A DNA stretch of 64,000 bases. Origin: Oikopleura dioica. Its lineage: Eukaryota; Animalia; Chordata. This document shows positions 39,328-47,770 of this stretch, in pieces; within the stretch, counting starts at the first letter, position 1, and every line of letters begins with the position of its first letter. The translations under genes were made by a program, and so were the position numbers. Under the pieces are notes generated by a model that saw only the letters and a program-made list of their open reading frames with translations, was not told the DNA's origin and did not search any database. The stretch covers positions 15,438,001 to 15,502,000 of the forward strand of contig OU015567.1 of the NCBI GenBank assembly GCA_907165135.1, in the 5' to 3' direction.

Positions 39328-40248
39328 TTAAACTATGAAAAGATATTCACAAAAAATATTTAAAGATTTTACCCAAAAGATGGTGAATTTGTTGATGGTT
39401 TCGTTGTTGTCGTCGCTAACGTTGTTGTTGTGGAAAGGTTCATATCTTTCATACAGAGGCAATTGAACTTGTGTCCGTAGCGTTTTTTAAATGAGGTAGA
39501 AATTGAGACAAAATGAAAAAATTACTGTTAATTTTGCAAAAGGTTTTCCCACTGGATTTGATTTGTATGACCGGAACTCTGTTTTTATCTTCGTGGTCAA
39601 AAAGTCGCAGTCAATTGATTTCGTGGCATCAATATGATTGCTAGGAACAGGAGCTTCCAAATTGAGGCCATCATTCAACCAAAAATGAGCTTTTTTCTCT
39701 TAGGTTAAGTACCCCATCCAAATTTTTTCGTCAGGACATTTTCCCCAAAGAAAATCTTTGATAAACTCTACTTTTTCAACAGACTCTATCTGAAGTGGTT
39801 TGTCTTGGCGAGATTCGCAGAAATCTACGCAACTATCCCAAGACATCTCTGATGATGAGCTGCTACATTCATCAAGTGCATGTGACGCGGCATTATCTCT
39901 GAAATTTCAGTGCCTTAATTGCTCCAGAAAATTTTATTTAAATTATTCAATATTTCAAAAACAAATTTTTAACCTTGTATAAAAAGCTTCAGCGGAATAT
40001 AAAAAATGAGAAAAATCTCATTTCAGAAACAAATGATTTTCTTGAAAAGAGAAACGAGTTTTTATTCAAAAAAGAAAATTTGAATTTTCATAAAAATAGA
40101 CCGCATTATGCGAGTGAGTTTTTAAAAGTTTTTGGTCATTTGGTATTTACTTGTTCCTGGTTTCTTTTCAGAATAATTCATTTTTAATGAATTTGAAATT
40201 TCATATTGGTTGTCTGAGGGTAGTCCTTGTCTGGAATTCCATTCTTAC

Positions 40249-40288
40249 CTGTCAGACAATCGAAATCAAAGTCAAAAATGGGATGAGT
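40249..40288 (-). ncRNA. Variant spliced-leader exon (SL-like gene copy) with intact GTAAGAAT donor
   Basis: ACTCATCCCATTTTTGActttGATTTCGATTGTCTgACAG|GTAAGAAT: 40 nt with 4 substitutions vs the canonical SL (G18C, C20T, C21T, A36G). Upstream ~100 bp is homologous to the canonical SL promoter. Confidence 0.85.
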
Positions 40289-40437
40289 AAAGAGAAGGGG
40301 TGCTCGATTTCGAGGACGTTTCGCTTCTGCACGCTCCCTTCGGCCTATTTTCAGAAAAACGCGCGGTAGAGGGCGCGTTTTTTCAAACTGGGAAGATCCA
40401 TTTTGAGTTTCATTCGAGTATTTTCTCTCCTATGGGG

Positions 40438-40513
40438 GAGTGGTCCGAGCTCGCCTGTACTGCAATAGCGAGTCAACCCGTGAGAAGAGCGGAGCAAGCC
40501 CCTAACTGCATCC
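40438..40513 (-). pseudogene. U2: 3' half of a U2 snRNA gene (stem-loops III-IV), truncated by a MITE
   Basis: GGATGCAGTTAGGGGCTTGCTCC...TATTGCAGTACAGGCGAGCTCGGACCAC matches the 3' part of the full copies with 3 substitutions and abuts the MITE terminus at 40514. Confidence 0.85.
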
Positions 40514-41487
40514 GACGCGCCTTTTTAAGGTTGTGGCGGTTTTCTAGCCCACTTGCGCCTTATTAAGGCTATAACCTCTCTTTTGGCCTCTCTGGAAAAC
40601 GGACTTCCCTTGGTCGATTTCAAAAATTTAAAGGGCAAACATACTTGTTTTCTCCTAAAGAATTCAAAAAGCCATCAAAAATACTTTTCTCTGGTAATTT
40701 TTTGCTCTAGAATCATTCAAAAATCGCCGATCGGTTTTCCGAGAAAACCGGAAGCTCTGAGGTAAAATAAATCCGACAATGTTATTTAGTAAAGCACATT
40801 CTATGATCCCTTTGGAAAAAATTTCAAGAAATTGTGTAAATTATGATTCTAGTTCTCTCTTCTTTTAAATCTCTTTTGTTTATAGACTGACGCTTGAGAT
40901 CCGCGCAGCCAATCAAAGCGCGATGAATCTCTTGACTCACACGCTCGCCAACAGCGCTCTCTTTTTGGCCTGGAGGATAGCACTCCGCGCAGCGCGTCCA
41001 CGCGCATTTTTATCCTCAGGTGCCAGTACTAACATGGCCCTAGAATGAAAATTTGAAGAGATTTCGAAGATTTTTCCATAGGGATTGTAGAGAAGGCTTT
41101 AATCTATTAATTGATCAAAAAATCTACCTCTGTAATGGTAAAATTCTTCGGAAAACCGATCGGCGTTTTTTAAATGATTGTAAAGTCGAAATTTCAAAAG
41201 AAAAATTAATTTTTGATCGCATTTCTGAAATCTACGATAGATTTTGAGTATATGAGTCTTTTTAATTTTTGAAATCGACCAAGGGTAGTCGGTTTTCCGA
41301 AGAGGCCAAAAGAGAGGTTATAGCCTTAACCCTAGAACACCATACCTTTTGGAATCAGCAGGAAATTCTAAGAACTTTGACCATTTTAGTTTTCGGAAAT
41401 TCTACTTCCGGTCTGATTCTAGAGCCGGAAGTTGACGAAATTGATGAGTAAGGATAAAGTGTGACCTATCAAATTGATGCTTGAATC
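40514..41487. mobile_element. GACG-terminus MITE copy D (one end only), interrupted by a nested TTAA element
   Basis: Starts GACGCGCCTTTTTAAGGTT...CTAGCCCAC and resumes CCCTAGAACACCATACC...ACTTCCGGTCTGATTCTAGAGCCGGAAGT after 41329. Other end not found. Confidence 0.7.
40567..41325. mobile_element. TTAA-flanked MITE with GG termini and ~60-bp TIRs (Kolobok-like), 759 bp
   Basis: TTAA|GGCTATAACCTCTCTTTTGGCCTCT...CCCTTGGTCGATTTCAAAAATT mirrored at the right end ...AGAGGTTATAGCC|TTAA. Removing it restores the host MITE TIR. Confidence 0.78.
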
Positions 41488-41776
41488 TTTCTCATGGAGA
41501 ATTTGAGGAGGAAAAGGAAGGTGTATTGAAGGAAAATTAACAGAAGACATTTTCTTTCTCAGACTTGGCTAAGGATGGATCGGTTTTCTGTTTGATGAAC
41601 GAATACTGGGAAGAAGGAGGACTAGGGATAGTTGTAGCATGAAGGTATTCTAGATAAAAACAGGGACTCGCTCCCCAGCGCAAGCGCCTTTCGCGCAGAA
41701 AATTCTATAAGAATCGAGAGACCATAACGCCCGTTCGAATTTGTCGATACGGACCTTCTCGAGCAGCGGGCAAGGT

Positions 41777-41961
41777 ATCGCTTCCGGCCTTTGTGGCTAA
41801 GATCAAGTGTAGTATCTGTTCTTCTCAGTGTGACAGCTGGGACCGTCCCTACTGGGACGTCTATTGTCACCCTGATTTTGGAACTAGGGATGCAGTTAGG
41901 GGCTTGCTCCGCTCTTCCCACGGGTTGACTCGCTATTGCAGTACCGGCGAGCTCGGCCCAC
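41777..41961 (+). ncRNA. U2: U2 snRNA
   Basis: ATCGCTTCCGGCCTTTGTGGCTAAGATCAAGTGTAGTATCTGTTCTT 5' end with branch-site recognition GTAGTA. Stems IIa/IIb/IIc can pair; Sm site GATTTTGG; stem IV loop TATTGCAGTA. Confidence 0.95.
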
Positions 41962-42033
41962 TCCCCATGGGGAGAAACAATTCAAACGAAACTCAAAAGG
42001 ATCTTCCCAGATGTATACGGGCGTTCACGCTCC

Positions 42034-42613
42034 GACGTGCTTTTAAGGTTAACGAAGTTTTCCAGCCCACTTCCGCCTTACAGACCCCCAACACCATACC
42101 TTTTAGAATCACCAGAGAATTTTAAGAACTTTGATGGTTTTAGATTCTAGAAAGTCCACTTCCGGTCGATTCTAGAGCCGGAAGTTGAGGAAATTTGGGA
42201 ATACTGGTAGAGTGTGACCTATCAAATCGATGCCCAGAAGATTTTGAGTCATCCTATGATCAATATATCAGAAGACATAGTCTCAAACATGGCCAAACCG
42301 ACCGGTAAAATTATGTAAAAAGCCATAAATTGATGATTTTTTCAGTTTTATTCGGTTTGTCTGACCGCGGTTCGGGTTGGTTACCCTTCCAAAAGACTAG
42401 AAATTTCACAAGCTTTAATTTAATAGGTCACATGCATGCCTTTATTAAGTTTTAAGCCAACTTCCGGCTCTAGAATCGACCGGAAGTGGACTTTTCTAGA
42501 ATCTAAAACCATCAAAGTTCTTAAAATTCTCTGGTGATTCTAAAAGGTATGGTGTTGGGGGTCTGTAAGGCGGAAGTGGGCTGGAAAACTTCGTTAACCT
42601 TAAAAAGCACGTC
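42034..42613. mobile_element. GACG-terminus MITE copy A, 580 bp, 3-bp TSD TCC
   Basis: ~150-bp TIRs GACGTGCTTTTAAGGTTAACG... / ...AACCTTAAAAAGCACGTC with TCC on both sides. The mirror arm has the empty site CACGT-TCC-GCACTC at ~45755-45770. Confidence 0.9.
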
Positions 42614-42813
42614 TCCGCACTCGCTGTCTGAAACGGAGTACTCGCTGCATTTGACATGAGTTGGACTGAGGAACTCAATAAGAAAGTTAATTGTGAGAAT
42701 ATGCCAATAAACTCATGTCCCTGATTAAACTCATTTTTCAATTAATTATTCAATTATTGAACTTATTCAACAATAAAACTTAGAATATAGTGTGACTTGA
42801 TGCGGCAGCCTTC

Positions 42814-42932
42814 GCTTAGCGTCATACCGCGTAGAATAAACCAGTTCTCGTCCGATCACTGAAGTCAAACTACGACGGGCGAGGTTAGTACTTACATGGG
42901 TGACCGGTTGGGAATACCTCGTGCGCTAAGCA
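42814..42932 (+). rRNA. 5S: 5S rRNA
   Basis: 119 nt GCTTAGCGTCATACC...AGTACTTACATGGGTGACCGGTTGGGAATACCTCGTGCGCTAAGCA with pairing ends and a TTTT Pol III terminator. Confidence 0.96.
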
Positions 42933-43188
42933 TTTTGACTTTTTCGGCACGTAAATGATTTACTAATCGTCCTTTTTGTGAGGACCCCTTTACATAAATA
43001 CTGAGTACACTGATAGCAAAGAAAAGTCACGATGTTTGTGTGAGGCAAGTATTGACAGTTGAGCGTGGCCCGGCGGGCCGCGTGGCGCTTGTGAAAAAGC
43101 GCCCTCTGTCACGCGCTTTTCTGAAAGAGGCCGAAAATAGGAGCGAGCAGCGACAAAACGACCTCGAAATCAAGCACCCCTTCTTTTT

Positions 43189-43280
43189 ACTCATCCCATT
43201 TTTGAGTCCGATTTCGATTGTCTAACAGGTAAGAATCGTCTCCATGCCCATTCTCTCCTATCCCTCTCGCCTCTTACAAA
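43189..43280 (+). ncRNA. SL: Spliced-leader RNA gene (canonical 40-nt exon 43189-43228; 3' end approximate)
   Basis: ACTCATCCCATTTTTGAGTCCGATTTCGATTGTCTAACAG|GTAAGA is the known O. dioica SL exon plus donor. Confidence 0.95.
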
Positions 43281-43291
43281 CAAGAAACTTT

Positions 43292-43883
43292 GACGTGCTT
43301 TTTTAAGGTTAAGGAAGTTATTTCACCCACTTCCTTGTTTTTAGACCATACATATTTGGAATCAGTGGAGAAAATCTAGAAACTTGACCGTTTTAGTTTT
43401 CGAAATTCACTTCCGGTTACGATTCTAGAGCCGGAAATGCACGAAATTTATAAGAAAAGCATGCATATGACCTATCAAATTAAAGCTTACAACAAGTCAA
43501 GTCATTAAGGATCAAAACCGAGTCCAACCGTCGTCAAAAACCGCCGGTAAACAACCGGTAAAAATTGAAAAAATTCTCACTAAATCATGCTTTTTTCATA
43601 GTTTTACCGGTCAGTTTAACCGCGGTTGGGACTGTTTCTTCTAATTAATCGATGATGAGATGACTGAAAATCTTCTGCGCATCCATTTGATACATCACAC
43701 TTTACCCTGACTCCAAAATTTAGCCTACTTCCGGCTCTAGAATCGCAACCGGAAGTGAATTTCGAAAAACTAAAACGGTCAAGTTTCTAGATTTTCTCCA
43801 CTGATTCCAAATATGTATGGTGTTCTGGGTCTAAAAACAAGGAAGTGGGCGAAATAACTTCCTTAACCTTAAAAAAGCACGTC
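43292..43883. mobile_element. GACG-terminus MITE copy B, 592 bp, 3-bp TSD TTT
   Basis: TIRs GACGTGCTTTTTTAAGGTTAAGG... / ...AACCTTAAAAAAGCACGTC with TTT on both sides. The mirror arm has the empty site CAAGAAAC-TTT-ATGAACAGC at ~45081-45100. Confidence 0.9.
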
Positions 43884-43954
43884 TTTATGAACAGCGGGCT
43901 CCCGCCCAGTCCAGACACTCTTAAAAAAGTGGCCGGAGATTTCTGGCCGACTTC

Positions 43955-45020
43955 GACGCGCTTTTCCAGGTGGTGGAGGTTTTCTAGCCCATTCACGCCG
44001 TATAAACCCAAGAACACCATACCTTTTGAAATCAGCAGGAGATTCTTAGAACTTTGACCATCATAGCTCTTGAAAATTCCACTTCCGGTCCGATTCTAGA
44101 GCCGGAAGTTGACGAAATTTCGGAGTAAGGATAAAGTGTGACCTATCAAATTGATTCTCAGAAGAGTCATCTCATTATCGATTCATTTAACCCGTTGCCG
44201 AGCGCGTAGCATCCTGAATGCTACGCGCGCTTTCAATGCTTTTAAGGAAAAGTTAACATTGAGAATTCTCATAAATTTTTTGATTTTATAAAATTTCAAC
44301 CTTTTTCAAATAGATCTTACGCTTTAAAATTATAAAAATATTGTTGTTTGCCGCTAGAAAATGCAAAAGAAAAAGTGAAGTCAGCCCTCGCGGCGCTTCC
44401 TTTCTATTGTTTCACAGCGCGCCATTGTCTTTTTCTCTAGACTTGAAAAACGGCGCCGCTGAAGGAACCGTCATTCTTTCTTGATTTTCGGTCTTTTACC
44501 TTTTCGGAAAATTTGTGAAAAAGTATGAATCTAGTAGAAAAGGCTTCAGTGAATACCCACAAGTAAAAATTATGAATAAAGACAAAGTAATAGTGGGAGA
44601 AAAATGCGCTCAAAGTCGTAGCATTTCGGATGCTTCGCGAGCGGCAAGCCAATGTAGCGTAGCGCTCGGCAACGGGTTAAAGAAACAAACTCAACCGCCG
44701 TCGTACCGACCGGCAAAAATATGGAAAAATGCATAAATTTATGATTTTTTTATTTTTAGCGATTGATTTGACCTCGGTCGGGATTGATTTTCTCTTGGAT
44801 GATAGGGAATCTTCTGAGAATCAATTTGATAGGTCACACTTTATCCTTACTCCGAAATTTCGTCAACTTCCGGCTCTAGAATCGGACCGGAAGTGGAATT
44901 TTCAAGAGCTATGAGGGTCAAAGTTCTAAGAATCTCCTGCTGATTTCAAAAGGTATGGTGTTCTTGGGTTTATACGGCGTGAATGGGCTAGCAAACCTCC
45001 ACCACCTGGAAAAGCGCGTC
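43955..45020. mobile_element. GACG-terminus MITE copy C at the centre of the inverted duplication (~576 bp without the nested insert)
   Basis: GACGCGCTTTTCCAGG... / ...CCTGGAAAAGCGCGTC, with the mirror extending ~210 bp. Interior is homologous to copy A. Flanks are inverted (TTC / GAA), not a direct TSD. Confidence 0.85.
44191..44676. mobile_element. piggyBac-type MITE, 486 bp, nested in MITE C
   Basis: TTAA|CCCGTTGCCGAGCGC ... GCGCTCGGCAACGGG|TTAA (15-bp perfect TIR). Subterminal palindrome CGTAGCAT....ATGCTACG at the left end and, with a spacer, at the right end. Confidence 0.88.
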
Positions 45021-45100
45021 GAAGTCGGCCAGAAATCTCCGGCCACCTTTTTTAAGAGTGTCTGGACTGGGCGGGAGCCCGCTGTTCATAAAGTTTCTTG

Positions 45101-45192
45101 TTTGTAAGAGGCGAGAGGGATAGGAGAGAGTGGGCATGGAGACGATTCTTACCTGTTAGACAATCGAAATCGGACTCAAAAATGGGATGAGT
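45101..45192 (-). ncRNA. SL: Spliced-leader RNA gene, second canonical copy (exon 45153-45192)
   Basis: Exact reverse complement of the 40-nt SL exon followed by GTAAGA. One substitution in the intron moiety vs copy 1. Confidence 0.95.
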
Positions 45193-45456
45193 AAAGAGAA
45201 GGGGTGCTTGATTTCGAGGTCGTTTTGTCGCTGCTCGCTCCTATTTTCGGCCTCTTTTCAGAAAAGCGCGTGACAGAGGGCGCTTTTTCACAAGCGCCAC
45301 GCCGCCCGCCGGGCCACGCTCAACGCTCAATGCTTGTCTCCCACAAACATGGTGACTTTTTCTCTATCAGTGTATCAAATTAGCTCGATTTATCTTATTT
45401 GCAATTTAAAGGGGTCCTCACAAAAAGGATGATCTACTTCCTGAAAAAAGTCAAAA

Positions 45457-45575
45457 TGCTTAGCGCACGAGGTATTCCCAACCGGTCACCCATGTAAGTA
45501 CTAACCCCGCCCGTCGTAGTTTGACTTCAGTGATCGGACGAGAACTGGTTTATTCTACGCGGTATGACGCTAAGC
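45457..45575 (-). rRNA. 5S: 5S rRNA, second copy
   Basis: Reverse complement of 42814-42932 with one substitution (GGGCGGGG vs GGGCGAGG). TTTT terminator. Confidence 0.96.
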
Positions 45576-45847
45576 GAAGGCTTCTCCTTCAAGTCACATT
45601 ATATACTGAGTTTTACTTTTGAATTAGTTCAATTATTGAATAAAGAAGGGGAAAAATGGACATGAGTTTATTGGTATGTTCACGCGATTGAACTTCTTTT
45701 TGAGTTCATCACTGCGACACGTCTCAAACGCACCGACAACTCCGTTTCAGACATTGAGTGCGGAACGTGGACGCCTGTATTTAACTGGATCTCCAGTTTC
45801 TAAATCTGTTTTGAGTCTCATTTGGATTGTTTCTCCCCCGTGGGGGA

Positions 45848-46033
45848 GTGGGCCGAGCTCGCCGGTACTGCAATAGCGAGTCAACCCGTGGGAAGAGCGG
45901 AGCAAGCCCCTAACTGCATCCCTAGTTCCAAAAATCAGGGTGACAATAGACGTCCCAGTAGGGACGGTCCCAGCTGTCACACTGAGAAGAACAGATACTA
46001 CACTTGATCTTAGCCACAAAGGCCGGAAGCGAT
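45848..46033 (-). ncRNA. U2: U2 snRNA, second full copy
   Basis: Reverse complement of copy 1 except for a canonical five-U Sm site (GATTTTTGG). Confidence 0.95.
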
Positions 46034-46511
46034 ACCTTGCCCGCTGCTCGAGAAGGTCCGTATCGACAAATTCGAACGGGCGTTATGGTCTCTCGATTCT
46101 TATAGAATTTTCTGCGCGAAAGGCGCTTGCGCTGGGGAGCGAGTCCCTGTTTTTTATCTAGAATACCTTCATGCTACAACTATCCCTAGTCCTCCTTCTT
46201 CCCAGTATTCGTTCATCAAACAGAAAACCGATCCATCCTTAGCCAAGTCTGAGAAACAAAATTTATTCAGCATAAATTACGTCTAATGAATGTCTTGTCT
46301 GGGCTCTTACTCAATAATCTCCTGTCAATTTTCCTTCAATACACCTTCCTTTTCCTACTTAAAATTCTCCATGAGAAACACTCAAGGTTATTTTTAACTC
46401 AGAATGACCCAAAACAAGCAACAGTTGACCTAGAAAAGGAAGAGCCGTGGGGGATTTGCACTTGGCTTGATATTGACATTTTTTTATCAAGATCTCGCTG
46501 ACTGTTTTTGC

Positions 46512-47078
46512 TCATCTTGAATTCTGCATTTCCATCCTACCGATGGCCTTGGAAATTCGTTTCTCACACAAATTATCGTCAATTCCTGGTTTTCCATCTC
46601 CGGAATTTAGCTGAACCGATGCTCCCGGATTATCTGTCTGCTTGATAGAATTAACAGTCAGCGATTCCACTGAATGATAAATGGCTCTCAAATATCTCAA
46701 ATGGAAAGCCGCTTCGCAAAAATGATCTTTCCAATCAAGTCTGAAATGCTGGCGAAGCCGCTCCGCGGCTTTAATTTTAACAAAAGCCGCTACACGACAA
46801 TTTTTGAAACCCTGACTCAGGTTTTCTACATAGCCTTTGCCAAAATGTAGCTTTTTATCTACATCTTTGGAGCGATAACTTTTCGCTATATCTCGTCTAA
46901 TAGGATTACTCGTCTGCATCAAAGCAGATAAACCAAAAAAAGCGGGGCGCAGCGGGAATATTTCGGCGAAGCGGTGTATTCGTTGTTTTTGTTTTGAAAA
47001 CGGGACGAACGTGCTGAGCTTGATCCACTTGTGTGACAAGTTGCATCTTTCTTGTTCTTTATCTCGATCGGCACTCAA
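46512..47078 (-). other. Open frame of unknown status that runs through a repeat-family segment
   Basis: 188-aa ORF whose middle (~46720-46830) contains CCTGACTCAGG and AAGCCGC..GCGGCTT modules. Flanks look protein-like; no family recognised. Confidence 0.25.
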
Positions 47079-47639
47079 GTGGGCTGTAAATAAAACTTGT
47101 TGATGATGGATTAATTAACGCGCGGAAACGAGAGATGGTAAAACGGACTTAGCAGGGAAAATGTTTCCAGCGGCGGAAAATTGAGATTTCCGCTGGAGAA
47201 TTTTCAATTCAGGAAGGACATTCAGAAGACGAGTTAAAAGACCATCGCGTTGGAAGGACTTAATTTGGACGAAAATTAGCGAGCTAACAGAACAGCTTGT
47301 GAGTATTGATTGGGTTTGAAGGGTTAGTCTGAAAGGGAAGGAGATTATCCGCCCCTTACTGTCAAAAACGCGACTGAAGCCTAACAGTATTAATCAAATA
47401 TAGAAAATCTGGCCATTTTCATGTCTACTAATTTATCTATATTATAAAAGCATATGTTTAGATGCTGAAAATAGACTTTTGGATGATTTTTATCAATTTT
47501 CTTACAGTAACAACTGTTTTTAGAGGTTCTAAGTAGCTATTTTCACAATGAAACCCTAACCCTAACTCTCTATCTTACGGCTTTGGCCAAAGATAATCTT
47601 TGATGTTCAATCGTCAGTTTATCCATCAGATCAAAGCCG

Positions 47640-47770
47640 AACAATCTTTATTACAGAATGAATCCAATTGAAGACATAGAAGAGTAGCCTCGAATTAGGC
47701 AATCTGGTATCGTCCCCGTCTCGGCTTAATTAATCCTATCAAAGATCTAACATTTAGCAGCAGTAACTTA
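47640..47770 (-). mobile_element. Possible degenerate LINE apurinic-endonuclease fragment
   Basis: KLLLLNVRSL and, in a shifted frame, AETG..PDCLIRGYS resemble the start of non-LTR ORF2. No RT found nearby. Confidence 0.25.

Larger units (their letters stand above)
37635..40021 (-). pseudogene. Decayed secreted C-type lectin - Thr-rich linker - EGF gene
   Basis: Signal-peptide exon MRFFSF(L)YSAEA needs a 1-nt correction in a T6 run. CTLD MSWDSCVDFCES...FIKDFL...IWMGYLT*EKKAHFWLNDG has an in-frame TAA at 39700-39702. Then STTTTLATTTTKP and CPEDITGDLCE, with two MITEs between the linker and EGF parts. Confidence 0.6.
41488..46378. repeat. ~4.9 kb inverted duplication carrying U2-5S-SL in each arm
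   Basis: Homology runs from TTTCTCATGGAGAATTT (41488) / its reverse complement (46378) inward to the central MITE. Gene order is mirrored. Confidence 0.9.

Noticed and set aside
39699-39743. Possible 45-nt GA-AG intron in the lectin gene that would skip the TAA
   Set aside because: It would delete the conserved CTLD W-M-G motif; an in-frame nonsense mutation is the simpler reading.
41801-41830. U2 adapted to non-canonical introns through an altered branch-recognition sequence
   Set aside because: GUGUAGUAUCUG is fully canonical in both copies.
41622-42125. ORF-track proteins at 41622-42125, 45676-46161 and 40300-40566
   Set aside because: They overlap U2 snRNA genes and MITE arms, and recur only because the DNA is duplicated.
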